Assembly (NCBI GenBank): GCA_003598025.1 | Contig: QZKH01000003.1 | Coordinates: forward strand, 375,221-439,220 | Reading direction: 5' to 3' | Source of the DNA: Candidatus Omnitrophota bacterium | Lineage (GTDB): Bacteria; Omnitrophota; Gorgyraeia; Gygaellales; Profunditerraquicolaceae | DNA: 64,000 nucleotides | In this document: one piece after another, positions 19,876-30,081 of the stretch | How the letters are laid out: each line of letters opens with the position of its first letter | Numbering within the stretch: the first letter of the stretch is position 1 | Made by a program: the position numbers and the translations under genes | The notes under the pieces: generated by a model | Seen by the model: the letters and a program-made list of their open reading frames with translations, nothing else | Databases searched by the model: none | What the model was told of the DNA's origin: nothing

Positions 19876-21182
19876 AGCTTATGCACCTTATCGTTATTTA
19901 TATTTTTATAAACATTGCGCGTATCAAAGATAATTTTGGAATTTTTCAGGATCAATTTATAATCCAGGCTGGAATGGTCAGTAGCAATAATCACGCAATC
20001 AAACTTAGCCAGCCCTTTGCCGGTGATAGCTGTCGACCTTAGATGTATATCCTTAAACTTCAAATAAGGGATCAACGGATCGCTATACGCTACCGATAAA
20101 CTCTGCTCCTGAAGAATATGGATAACGTCAAGAGCAGGAGACTTCCTTAAATCTTTGACATCCTTCTTGTAGGTAGCACCGACAACCAGGATTCTGGAAG
20201 AGGAAAGCTTCTTGCCTTTTGCCGACAACAGATCTTTAACCCTGGCCACGACATAAGCAGGCATAGAATTGATCATATCCGAAGAAAGCTTTATAAAACG
20301 AGACCTGAATCCGCTTTTCTTTGCCTTCCAATAAAGATAAAGCGGGTCTTTAGGTATACAATGCCCCCCTACTCCCGGCCCGGGATAAAAAGGCATAAAC
20401 CCAAAAGGCTTGGTCTTGGCAGCATCTATTATCTCCCAGATATCAACGCCCATCTTATGGGCCATCATCGCCATTTCATCTACCAGCCCGATATTGACTA
20501 TCCTAAAAGTGTTCTCCAATAACTTGACCATTTCTGCTATCCGGCTGGAAGAAACCCTTATTACCTTTTTTATTATAACCGAATAAACCGCCTCTCCCAT
20601 TAACGAGGCCTCGCTATTAATACCCCCTATCACCTTGGGTATTTTACTTAAGGGATACCGGACATTACCAGGGTCTATTCTCTCAGGAGAAAAACAAAGG
20701 AAGAAATCGCGTCCGTGTTGCAGGCTGCTGCCTTCAAGCATAGGCAAGATCACCTCTTCGGTTGTACCGGGATAAGTGGTACTTTCCAGGATTATCAAAG
20801 CCCGCTTCTTCAGGTTCTTAGAAATTGCTTTTATAGCATTACGTATATATGATATGTCCGGATGGTACTTCCGCTTTAACGGAGTAGGCACGCACACCAA
20901 CACCACATCTGCGCCCTTAAGATTCCTGAAATCATTGGAAGCAAAGAATCTTTTAGTATCGATTATCTTTCTAAGTTCGGCTGTAGATATATCTGTTATA
21001 TATGATTGCCTGCGGCCGATACTCTTGATTCTGTCCAAATCAAGGTCTATGCCATAGACAATAAAATTCTTTTTCACAAATTCAACTGCAAGGGGCAGAC
21101 CTACATAACCCAAGCCAACCACTCCGATCTTTATATCTTTTTTCTTGAGCCTTGCTTTAAAACCGTCTAAAAAACTATCCAT
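19872..21182 (-). CDS. Nucleotide-sugar (UDP-GlcNAc-type) dehydrogenase
   Basis: [37 protein letters not shown]; start probably MDSF at 21182 (AAGGAG RBS). Confidence 0.9.
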   Translation of the reverse strand: MDSFLDGFKARLKKKDIKIGVVGLGYVGLPLAVEFVKKNFIVYGIDLDLDRIKSIGRRQSYITDISTAELRKIIDTKRFFASNDFRNLKGADVVLVCVPTPLKRKYHPDISYIRNAIKAISKNLKKRALIILESTTYPGTTEEVILPMLEGSSLQHGRDFFLCFSPERIDPGNVRYPLSKIPKVIGGINSEASLMGEAVYSVIIKKVIRVSSSRIAEMVKLLENTFRIVNIGLVDEMAMMAHKMGVDIWEIIDAAKTKPFGFMPFYPGPGVGGHCIPKDPLYLYWKAKKSGFRSRFIKLSSDMINSMPAYVVARVKDLLSAKGKKLSSSRILVVGATYKKDVKDLRKSPALDVIHILQEQSLSVAYSDPLIPYLKFKDIHLRSTAITGKGLAKFDCVIIATDHSSLDYKLILKNSKIIFDTRNVYKNINNDKVHKL

Positions 21183-21195
21183 CTTAACTCCTTTA

Positions 21196-22521
21196 TTATC
21201 TTTTTGAAAAACGCCCTCTGCCCATACATACATAGATAAAGCCTGTTTTCTTCATCATATGCGGATCATAGATATTGCGGCCATCAATGATCAAAGGCCT
21301 CTTGAGCAGTTTTTTAACTCTAAGAAAATTCAGCTCTTTGAATTCCGGCCATTCAGTAAGAACTAACAGGCAGTCGCTTCCCTGGCAGACCTGATATGGC
21401 CCGGAACAAAATCTTATGCCTTTTAATACTCCCTTGGCCTTGTCCATAGACTGAGGATCGTAGACACGTAAATGCGCGCCTTCCTGCTTAAGCGCCTTAA
21501 TGATCTCAATCGAAGGCGCATTTCTTATATCATCGGTATTCGGTTTAAAAGACAAGCCGAGCACGCCGATAGTCTTATCCTTTATTATCCATAAATTATC
21601 TCTTATTTTCTTAAGATATGCGCTCCTTTGGGTCTGGTTCACTTCTCTTACTGCCTTAAGTAATTTAAAATCATACCCTAACTTTCCGGAAATATTAACA
21701 AAAGCATCCAAGTCTTTAGGAAAACATGATCCCCCGTAACCTATACCTGGTTTTAAGAAATCCGGGCTTATCCTTTTATCTAAACCCATGCCTTCTGCTA
21801 CTTCTTCTACATCGGCACCGACTCTGTCGCATATATCAGATATGGCGTTTATAAAGGATATTTTTGTGGCTAAAAAAGAATTAGAGGCATGCTTTATAAG
21901 CTCTGCTGACTTTATATCCGTAACCACGATCCGTGCGTTAAGCGGCCTGTATAAATTCATAAGCATTTCTTTGGCCTGCCTCGATTCCACACCTATAACT
22001 ATCCTGTCCGGATTCATAAAATCATTTATAGCCTGGCCCTCTCTTAAGAATTCGGGGTTAGAAGCAACATCAAAACTTATTTTTCGCTTTAAATTAAGCT
22101 CTATTGTCTCCTGCACCCATTTGCCCGTTTCAACTGGAACGGTAGATTTTTCCACAATCAGATGGTAATCATCTCTTTTCTTCAAAGAAGACAGGCTGGC
22201 AGCTATGCTTCTTGCTACATTCTCAATATAGGTTAAATCAGCTTCCCCGTTCTCCATCGAAGGAGTGCCTACAGCAATAAATGTTATAACGGTCTTAGAA
22301 ACAGCTTCTCTTATATTGGTTGTAAACTTAAGCCTCTTCTTTTTTAAATTGTTTATAATCAGCTCTTTCAAGCCCGGCTCATATATAGGTATAATACTCT
22401 TTTTTAAGCTGGATATCTTTTTAGAGTCATTATCAACGCAGATTACGTGGTTGCCAAGCTCTGCAAGGCAGGCTCCGGTGACCAAGCCAACATACCCTGC
22501 TCCGATTATAGAAATATTCAT
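21196..22521 (-). CDS. ugd: UDP-glucose 6-dehydrogenase family
   Basis: GAGYVGL, KSTVP, SNPEFLREG, GYGGSCFPKD. Confidence 0.92.
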   Translation of the reverse strand: MNISIIGAGYVGLVTGACLAELGNHVICVDNDSKKISSLKKSIIPIYEPGLKELIINNLKKKRLKFTTNIREAVSKTVITFIAVGTPSMENGEADLTYIENVARSIAASLSSLKKRDDYHLIVEKSTVPVETGKWVQETIELNLKRKISFDVASNPEFLREGQAINDFMNPDRIVIGVESRQAKEMLMNLYRPLNARIVVTDIKSAELIKHASNSFLATKISFINAISDICDRVGADVEEVAEGMGLDKRISPDFLKPGIGYGGSCFPKDLDAFVNISGKLGYDFKLLKAVREVNQTQRSAYLKKIRDNLWIIKDKTIGVLGLSFKPNTDDIRNAPSIEIIKALKQEGAHLRVYDPQSMDKAKGVLKGIRFCSGPYQVCQGSDCLLVLTEWPEFKELNFLRVKKLLKRPLIIDGRNIYDPHMMKKTGFIYVCMGRGRFSKR

Positions 22522-22549
22522 TACTTCCTTCCTTTCATGAAACTAGTTT

Positions 22550-24742
22550 TTATTGAGATTGAGACCCTGTTTTAGGCCCGTGATAACTCTGATTAAACCC
22601 AAATTCTGTTTCAGGGAACGCTTTAAGCCTGAAAATAAGCCAGATTGTCTCGCCTTCGTCTCTTTTAACATTATAAGTGAGATCCCATGACCAGCAATGC
22701 AGGTCCCGGGATATTGTATACTCCTGTTCATTTAATCCTTTAGCTACAGAAGTATCGCTGCCTATGTTACTTCTCAAATAAGCAGAAAATTTCCATTTCG
22801 GATTTAACCTCCAGTTTAAGCTCTGGGTTATTTCATCAGAGCCCTTCCTCTCATAACGCTGCCCGATGCCGATAGCACGATCATTTCCGAAATTAAAATT
22901 GATATCGTAATTAATGCTAGAGAACTTACCGTAATTCGGGTCGCTGTTACGGTCTCCAGAGTGTTCCCAGGTGGCATCGGAATCAATGCTCAGCCACGAA
23001 TAAGGATGGAGCTCCATTTCAAAAAGTATATCCGAAAGATAACTCCCTGTTTTGACTCCGGAATCAGGTTTGTTGTAATATATGGAGGAGACTCTAAAGT
23101 CCGCCAGATCAACGGAAATATTATCGCGCTTCGTTTGGAATTTGTTCGAAATCCCCAAAGTCACGGAATTGTTTTGAGCGATTGAATCTATAGAATCAAT
23201 CTGTTTTAGCTGCGAACTCTTTACTGTAGGCTCATGATTATAGGCATATCCTATAGTAGGCGTGATAATATGCCTTAATTTATCTATATCTAGCTTCAGG
23301 AAATTTGTTTTTACATCAAATATACGGAAAAATTTTGTGCTCAAATCCGCTCCCGTATAAAAAATAGTCCTGGGATGCACACTTGAGTTGCCTATGTCGC
23401 TGCTATAAAAAGTTTCGCGGTTCATCACAAAAGGGGTAAATTTCACGAAACTCACCTTCATCGGCAAAGAAAATTTATTAGTCGTATCAAACCTGGACAT
23501 CTGGATATCATTATTAGAGTCTGAAGGGACTGCGTACTTATAATTAAAATTTGCTGCCTGGGAAGTATGTTCGTAATAAACCGAAGAATTCCCTACCTGG
23601 ATACTGGGCAAAGAGTAATTGACCTCCGGCAGCTTCTCCAATTGAGTGTACCAGCGGTTGACACGTTTCTGCAACAGCAGGTCCAGGCTGGAATTGGTGA
23701 AATTACGGTGCACCTGCACATAAGACAAAGGCTGGGAATCCTTTTCATATTCACGATAGAAATAATCCTTTAAGAAATTATTATCTGAACCAATTATTAT
23801 CCTTTTGGAATCAGTTATTTTATAATACTCCGAAGTCAAATCTGTGTTTCTGTCAATATCCCATTTATGGCGCCAGCGGATCAGATATCTTTCAAATTCA
23901 GCAGGCGTGCCTTGCTCTAGCGTGTTATCCCTTTCCTGTGTATAATAATATTTAAAATCGCCTTTCCCGAATAAATCCTTTGTAACATAGTTTGCGCCGA
24001 ATCCCTCGGCAACACCAAGCCTTGAACGGTAATCAGCATATATCCTGCCGCTGACTGTATCACTGAGGTTATAACGCCATGCCGTCAAAATATACGGGCC
24101 CCAATCTTTGCTTTTACCCGGAGTAACCTGCACATGCATTAAGGGGTCTTTCAAGCTGTGGTTAAACCTGGGCAGGTACATTATAGGGATCTTGCCGATT
24201 AAAAATACATCATTCTTAGTCTGGATTTTATCATCGGGAAACACATTTATCTTGCCTGATTTTATCCTGTAATGCGGATTATCAAAACTGCAGCTGCTGG
24301 CATAACCGTCTAAAGCAATGAATTCTTTCTCGCTAGGCTTATCAACTCTGGCAGCTTTGCCAAAATAGGGGTTTGACCTGAATTCCGCATCCATAATTAC
24401 ACCTGTCTTGGAATCCAGGTTGTATATTATCTTCTTACCTTCAACAGTACCCTGCTTATCATCTAACCTGACATTACCTTCAGCGACCGCATCTTTTGTA
24501 ACAGTATCTACGGTGATCTTATCACAAGTAAGCTTTGAACCCTTGTAGGTTATTGAAACATTGCCCGAAGCTACGACTTCGTTTTTTTCCGTAGCATACT
24601 CTAGAACATCCGCATTAACTATAACCGGCTTATTATCTTTAGCCTCCTCGGCTGATGCTCCCGAAAAAACCAACAAGCAAAGTATCGTTAATAATACTTT
24701 GCTTATGGCCCTCATTTTAGAATAATCTATTGGCATTATCAA
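22550..24742 (-). CDS. lptD: LPS-assembly protein LptD-like
   Basis: Signal peptide, OstA-like N-terminal domain, aromatic-rich beta-barrel, HCW near the C-terminus. Confidence 0.8.
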   Translation of the reverse strand: MIMPIDYSKMRAISKVLLTILCLLVFSGASAEEAKDNKPVIVNADVLEYATEKNEVVASGNVSITYKGSKLTCDKITVDTVTKDAVAEGNVRLDDKQGTVEGKKIIYNLDSKTGVIMDAEFRSNPYFGKAARVDKPSEKEFIALDGYASSCSFDNPHYRIKSGKINVFPDDKIQTKNDVFLIGKIPIMYLPRFNHSLKDPLMHVQVTPGKSKDWGPYILTAWRYNLSDTVSGRIYADYRSRLGVAEGFGANYVTKDLFGKGDFKYYYTQERDNTLEQGTPAEFERYLIRWRHKWDIDRNTDLTSEYYKITDSKRIIIGSDNNFLKDYFYREYEKDSQPLSYVQVHRNFTNSSLDLLLQKRVNRWYTQLEKLPEVNYSLPSIQVGNSSVYYEHTSQAANFNYKYAVPSDSNNDIQMSRFDTTNKFSLPMKVSFVKFTPFVMNRETFYSSDIGNSSVHPRTIFYTGADLSTKFFRIFDVKTNFLKLDIDKLRHIITPTIGYAYNHEPTVKSSQLKQIDSIDSIAQNNSVTLGISNKFQTKRDNISVDLADFRVSSIYYNKPDSGVKTGSYLSDILFEMELHPYSWLSIDSDATWEHSGDRNSDPNYGKFSSINYDINFNFGNDRAIGIGQRYERKGSDEITQSLNWRLNPKWKFSAYLRSNIGSDTSVAKGLNEQEYTISRDLHCWSWDLTYNVKRDEGETIWLIFRLKAFPETEFGFNQSYHGPKTGSQSQ

Positions 24743-25671
24743 TTTCTCTTCATTAAACTTTGCTTCACGAGGATACCTGCGCCTATTAAACCAGCGTCAT
24801 TGCCCAGCATGGCCTTAATTACCTTAACATGGCGCGCCTGCACAACCATAGCCCTGTCCTTGACTGTTCTTCTGACTTCATCAAATAAAACTTTTCCGGC
24901 ATTACTTACCCCTCCGCCAATAACAATACAATCAGGATTAAGAAGGTTTACTATCCCGCTTAAAACAATGCCCAGCTGCCGGCCGGAATCTCTCCAGATT
25001 TTTTTAGCAATACCGTTATCAGCCTTTGACATACGGCTTAATTCTTCAAGACTCACCTGGCGCCCGAAAGCATTCTTTGCTTTCCCCATAATCACCTTAT
25101 TACCTATATAGGTCTCTAAACATGCGTAAGAGCCGCAATTACATTTAGCGCCTGCCTCATTAAGCGGCATATGACCTAACTCGCCTGCTGCGTTATTAAA
25201 TCCTCTATGCAACCTGCCATCAATTATCAACCCTCCGCCAACGCCTGTACCTAAAGTGATACAGACAGCTGTATTAGCTCCTTTAGCTGCCCCGGCATGG
25301 AACTCTGCCATCGCCATCAGTTTAGCGTCGTTATCAACAAATACATCCAACCCGAGTTTTTTTCTTAAGAGTTTTTTCAGCGGCACATCCCTCCATCCCG
25401 GGATGTTTGTCAGAGAATAAACTACGCCATTCTTAAAATCAACCGGACCAGGCAAACCTACTCCTACCCCTAATATCCTTTGATTATTCAACTTATTCCT
25501 GGACTTGATACCGCTGGCTTGATTTACTATCGCATGGATAAGGCTGTCTTTACTTTTAAAATCAGAGGTACTGGTAGAACTGCTATCGATTATATTATTG
25601 GCACTATCCAATAAAGCTGATTTTAGGTTGGTCCCCCCCACATCGAAGGCAATAATAAAATTTTGTTTCAT
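24739..25671 (-). CDS. ROK family sugar kinase (glucokinase-like)
   Basis: DVGGT, DNDAK, GTGVGGG, GELGH, CNCGSYACLE. Confidence 0.9.
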   Translation of the reverse strand: MKQNFIIAFDVGGTNLKSALLDSANNIIDSSSTSTSDFKSKDSLIHAIVNQASGIKSRNKLNNQRILGVGVGLPGPVDFKNGVVYSLTNIPGWRDVPLKKLLRKKLGLDVFVDNDAKLMAMAEFHAGAAKGANTAVCITLGTGVGGGLIIDGRLHRGFNNAAGELGHMPLNEAGAKCNCGSYACLETYIGNKVIMGKAKNAFGRQVSLEELSRMSKADNGIAKKIWRDSGRQLGIVLSGIVNLLNPDCIVIGGGVSNAGKVLFDEVRRTVKDRAMVVQARHVKVIKAMLGNDAGLIGAGILVKQSLMKRN

Positions 25672-25721
25672 AGCGAATTATTTTATATTAAATGGCACCT
25701 AAAATCAATAAATATCTGAAG

Positions 25722-26729
25722 TTACACACATGAGTCGTCATAGACACACACTTTATCCCTGCCTGAATCCTTAGCCCTGTACAATGCCTTATCAGCCCTA
25801 TCAATCATAGTCTTGGCATCTTTGGCGTCATTGCGAAAAGTAGAGATCCCCACGCTTATGCTTACATTGATGGCTTCATCATAAACATTGACCCGTTTAT
25901 TTCTTACAGCTTCTCGTATGCGCTCGGCAGCAAATTTTGCTTTTGAGCTGTCGGTCTCAGTCAAAATTATAAGAAATTCTTCGCCTCCGTACCTGCCGAC
26001 AAGGTCAATCTGCCGGGAATTGTCTCTTATGGCTTTTGAAATCTCCCTCAATATAGCATCACCCACCAAATGCCCGTAATGGTCATTTATATCCTTAAAA
26101 TTATCTATATCAACCATAAGCAGGGAGAATTGATACTTCATCTTTCTCGAACGCTCAAGCTCTTCCTGCAGCCTTTCAAAGCAGTATTTTCTGCTGAAGG
26201 CCTGTGTTAAAGTATCGGTTATCGCCAACTCCTGTATTTTTTCATAAAAATACGCCCTCTTAAATCCCAGCAAAAACTGCTGGCCGAGAATATTAAATTT
26301 ATCTTTATCTTCATCCGATACACCGCTAACGCCCAAGTGGCCGATATTCTTGTTCCCGAGCTTAAGGGGCATGATTGAATAACCTTCATATTTTGATAGA
26401 TCATCTTCTGCCTGAATAAATTTACAGTCTTGCACTTTTATATAACTATTGATATGGCTGCTAAAGAGTTCAAATACGCGCTCTTTCTCGAGGCTTTTGC
26501 ATATTTGTTTAGTAATATCATAAAGCGCTATGGTATCATGTAGTTCCTTCTCCAAAATAGAGCTTTCTTTTTTCTGCCTGATATCTTCCTGGATTAGGCC
26601 GTTATAATCGTTCTGGAAATTAGAATAATCTCTGGCAGATTTTTGATATATCACGGCAAACTCTTTTTTGATACGAAGATAGAGCGCCCATGTGAATATT
26701 AACAGAATAATTACTTTTATTATCATCAT
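25722..26729 (-). CDS. Membrane-anchored diguanylate cyclase
   Basis: N-terminal TM; DIDNFKDINDHYGH and GRYGGEEF. Confidence 0.9.
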   Translation of the reverse strand: MMIIKVIILLIFTWALYLRIKKEFAVIYQKSARDYSNFQNDYNGLIQEDIRQKKESSILEKELHDTIALYDITKQICKSLEKERVFELFSSHINSYIKVQDCKFIQAEDDLSKYEGYSIMPLKLGNKNIGHLGVSGVSDEDKDKFNILGQQFLLGFKRAYFYEKIQELAITDTLTQAFSRKYCFERLQEELERSRKMKYQFSLLMVDIDNFKDINDHYGHLVGDAILREISKAIRDNSRQIDLVGRYGGEEFLIILTETDSSKAKFAAERIREAVRNKRVNVYDEAINVSISVGISTFRNDAKDAKTMIDRADKALYRAKDSGRDKVCVYDDSCV

Positions 26730-26730
26730 A

Positions 26731-28017
26731 TTAAGAGAAAATTACCGTTTTATTCCTGCCGCTTTTTTTAGCGTCATATAGGGCTTTATCAGCTTTAAAT
26801 AAAAGATCCTCTTCTTCCGTAGAATCTTTCGGGCAGGAAGCAACGCCTATAGAAACAGTCACATTGGTAGGCTGCCTGCGCAAAACAAGCTTGAGATGCC
26901 CGATTGCTTTTCTTAGATTTTCAGCGGCAGCAAATGCTTCCTCCTTGTCCCTGTGAGTAAGCGCGATACAAAACTCTTCGCCTCCAAAACGGCATAATAT
27001 TGGTTCATACTCTGCAAGGTTCTCAGAAATACATTGTGTCAGCCTTTTTAAGACCAGGTCGCCAGCTGTATGGCCGTAGGTATCGTTATATTTCTTAAAG
27101 AAATCTATATCCAGCATAAGGATAGACAAGGGCTTCTTCTGGCGCAGACTTCTCTTTAATTCCTCTTTTAATCTGTCGATAAAATATTCTTTGCGGTAAA
27201 AAGAAGTAAGCCCGTCGCGTATTGCCAGCTCCTGCGTCCTCTGGAACAACTGTCCGTTCTCAATCGCAATTGCCCCGAAATCACTGATCGTTGCAAGAAA
27301 TCGCAAGTCATCCTGGGCAAAGGTGCCCGGACCGGGATTATCGATCCTTAATAAAGCAATAAACCTGTTCTCGCTGATTAACGGCGCGCTGATAAGACTG
27401 GAAATATGCCTGGAATGTTCTGCTTCAAGCCGGTTCAAATCAAAACGGAAATCATTCTTTATATCCTCTATCAAAAGCGGATTAGCGTGTTTAAGAACCC
27501 AGGTATCAAACAAGTCCCCCTCTTTAGCCTTTATAACAAGTTTACTGTCTTCTTTCATTGACTTAAATAACCGTAGTTTTACGTTTTCATGCGGCTCAAC
27601 CAGGTATAATATGCACGTACCCCTGCCCTTAGCTACTTCTTTAGAAGCAATGGAAACCAGCCTATCCGAGACATAATCCAAAGATAACTCAGAATTCAAT
27701 TCTTCAAGTATATGTTTGAGGTTGCTGTAACGCTTTATTTTCTCAGAGATAGAATCGGAGAATTTAAAATTCCGTAGGATCTCATCTTTAAGGACATTGA
27801 TTTTTTCCTGGGTATGCTGGCTCTTTATTTCAAATGCATTTCTCTTTTTAATAGCCCTGCTTAACAGGAAAAAAATAAGGATAGCATGAACGAGGTAGAA
27901 AACCAGCAGTAATATAAACGAAGGCTCTTTAGGTAAGTGGATTACAATAACCGGTAGGAAGACATAGAAGGCTAAATATATAAGTATATTCTTAAAAACT
28001 ATTCGGGCTTTCGTATC
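26731..28017 (-). CDS. GAF + GGDEF diguanylate cyclase; start codon uncertain
   Basis: RFGGEEF and a GAF segment. The frame stays open for 106 codons upstream of the listed TTG (27699) up to a TAA at 28018-28020 and encodes hydrophobic helices. Confidence 0.8.
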   Translation of the reverse strand, partial: DTKARIVFKNILIYLAFYVFLPVIVIHLPKEPSFILLLVFYLVHAILIFFLLSRAIKKRNAFEIKSQHTQEKINVLKDEILRNFKFSDSISEKIKRYSNLKHILEELNSELSLDYVSDRLVSIASKEVAKGRGTCILYLVEPHENVKLRLFKSMKEDSKLVIKAKEGDLFDTWVLKHANPLLIEDIKNDFRFDLNRLEAEHSRHISSLISAPLISENRFIALLRIDNPGPGTFAQDDLRFLATISDFGAIAIENGQLFQRTQELAIRDGLTSFYRKEYFIDRLKEELKRSLRQKKPLSILMLDIDFFKKYNDTYGHTAGDLVLKRLTQCISENLAEYEPILCRFGGEEFCIALTHRDKEEAFAAAENLRKAIGHLKLVLRRQPTNVTVSIGVASCPKDSTEEEDLLFKADKALYDAKKSGRNKTVIFS

Positions 28018-28061
28018 TTAATTCCCAGTTTTAACAATTATTAGTAAATGCTTGATAAATA

Positions 28062-29165
28062 CTAGACTATCGTCTCTTCAGTGACTTTATCGAAGAAGTG
28101 AGCTTTGCTCATATCAAAAACAAGATCCATATCCTGGTTAACCTGCGGTTTATCATGCGCGCCTACCCTGGCTATAAAAGTATGATTGCCGGTATTTAAG
28201 TACAGGAATACTTCCGAACCCATAGTCTCAAAAACCTCGCAATTCACCGTAACCACATTACCCGGAGGGGCGTCTGATACAAAAAGTTTGTCATATATAT
28301 CTTCAGACCTTATGCCGAAAATTATATCTTTGCCTACGTAGGCAGTAAGCTTCTTATACATATCCTCGACTACTTTTACACAGATCTTGCCTTCGTCAAA
28401 ATAGATCCTGCCTTCCTTCTTTATCAGTTTTCCTTCCATAAAATTCATCGGGGGAGAACCGATAAATCCGGCGACAAATTTATTCTTAGGATGGTCATAA
28501 ACCTCTATCGGATCAGCTACCTGGTGGATTACGCCGCCCTTCATTACCGCTATCCTGTTGCCCATGGTCATAGCCTCAACCTGGTCATGGGTAACATAAA
28601 TTATCGTTGTCTGTATCCTGATATGCAGTTTATGGATTTCGGTGCGCATCTGTACCCTTAACTTCGCATCCAGGTTGCTTAAAGGTTCATCAAACAAAAA
28701 TGCAAGGGGTTTTCTTACTATTGCCCGGCCTACGGCTACGCGCTGCCTCTCTCCGCCGGATAACTCACGCGGCCTGCGGCCAAGTAAATGTTTGATCCCC
28801 AGGATATCTGCTGCTTCATTTACGCGGGAGATGACTTCGGATTTCGGATAACGACGCAGTTTCAGGCCAAAAGCCATATTTTCAAATACGGTCATATGCG
28901 GGTATAATGCGTAATTCTGAAAAACCATGGCAATGTCCCTGTCTTTTGCCGGGACATTATTGACCATCTTATCTCCTATAAATATATTACCCTGGCTTAT
29001 CTCTTCGAGCCCGGCTATCATCCGCAGGGTGGTGGACTTACCGCAGCCTGAAGGGCCGACCAGCACCATGAATTCTTTGCTCTCAACGCCAAGGTTTAAA
29101 TTATCTACAACTTTTGTCCCATTAGGGAAAATCTTTGAAACATTCTGAAGGCTTACCTGAGACAT
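28062..29165 (-). CDS. Sugar ABC transporter ATP-binding protein (MsmX/UgpC family)
   Basis: GPSGCGKST, LSGGERQR, DEPLSNLDAKLR, TOBE-like tail. Confidence 0.93.
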   Translation of the reverse strand: MSQVSLQNVSKIFPNGTKVVDNLNLGVESKEFMVLVGPSGCGKSTTLRMIAGLEEISQGNIFIGDKMVNNVPAKDRDIAMVFQNYALYPHMTVFENMAFGLKLRRYPKSEVISRVNEAADILGIKHLLGRRPRELSGGERQRVAVGRAIVRKPLAFLFDEPLSNLDAKLRVQMRTEIHKLHIRIQTTIIYVTHDQVEAMTMGNRIAVMKGGVIHQVADPIEVYDHPKNKFVAGFIGSPPMNFMEGKLIKKEGRIYFDEGKICVKVVEDMYKKLTAYVGKDIIFGIRSEDIYDKLFVSDAPPGNVVTVNCEVFETMGSEVFLYLNTGNHTFIARVGAHDKPQVNQDMDLVFDMSKAHFFDKVTEETIV

Positions 29166-29240
29166 TTTTTATTCTTCCTCTTTAATTATTTATTGGTTTG
29201 TGAATTGAAGCCTATATTATAAACAATAAAATTTAGAAAA

Positions 29241-30080
29241 TCAACTCAAATAGTCAATCAACTGGGCCAAAGTGGCCTTCATATCTTTGCGGTTTACAAT
29301 CATGTCTATTAAACCGTGGTCAAGGAGAAATTCGGAACGCTGAAAACCCGGTGGAAGTTTTTGCCTTATCGTTTGCTCTATAACCCTGGGCCCGGTAAAC
29401 CCGATCAGTGCTTTTGGTTCTGCTATTATTATATCTCCTAACCCTGCAAACGATGCCATTATCCCTGCCATTGTCGGGTTGGTCAGGACCGATATAAAAG
29501 GAAGCCCTGCCTTATGATGATATGCCAGAGCAGCTGAAGTTTTCGACATCTGCATGAGGCTGAAAACCCCCTCATACATCCTGGCTCCTCCGCCGGAACC
29601 GGAAATGATTATTACCGGCAGCTTCTTTTTAGTAGCTGTTTCAATTACGCGGGTTATCTTCTCTCCGACAACCGAACCCATTGAACCCATGATGAACCTT
29701 GAATCTGTAACGGCGATCAAGGTATCTCTGCCGTCTATTAAACCTTGCCCTGTTATCACCGCATCTTTAAGCCCGGTCGCCTGCTGGTCCTGGGCCAGCT
29801 TTTCTTTGTATGTCTTCGGGCCTTTAAAATCCAGCGGGTCAAGCGAAGACATATCTTTGTCGGACTCCTGGAATGTTTCTTTATCTACAAGCAGGTTGAT
29901 CCTCTCCCAGGCAGTAAGCACAAAATGATAGCCGCATTTTGGGCAGACCTTCATGTTTTCATCAAGGGCCTTATTAAATAAAACCGCTGAACAGCTCTCG
30001 CACTTAGTCCAGAGCCCTTCAGGTATTTCCTTCTTTTTAAGCCTTACTATTGTATATTTTGGTTTTCCAAAAATAGCCAT
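29241..30080 (-). CDS. accD: Acetyl-CoA carboxylase carboxyltransferase beta subunit
   Basis: LWTKC..C zinc finger, GSMGSVVGEK, GGARMYEG, FQRSEFLL. Confidence 0.95.
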   Translation of the reverse strand: MAIFGKPKYTIVRLKKKEIPEGLWTKCESCSAVLFNKALDENMKVCPKCGYHFVLTAWERINLLVDKETFQESDKDMSSLDPLDFKGPKTYKEKLAQDQQATGLKDAVITGQGLIDGRDTLIAVTDSRFIMGSMGSVVGEKITRVIETATKKKLPVIIISGSGGGARMYEGVFSLMQMSKTSAALAYHHKAGLPFISVLTNPTMAGIMASFAGLGDIIIAEPKALIGFTGPRVIEQTIRQKLPPGFQRSEFLLDHGLIDMIVNRKDMKATLAQLIDYLS

Positions 30081-30081
30081 A

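Noticed and set aside
28062-29165. Orphan ABC ATPase without adjacent permeases
   Set aside because: Stand-alone MsmX-type ATPases serving several sugar transporters are well known.
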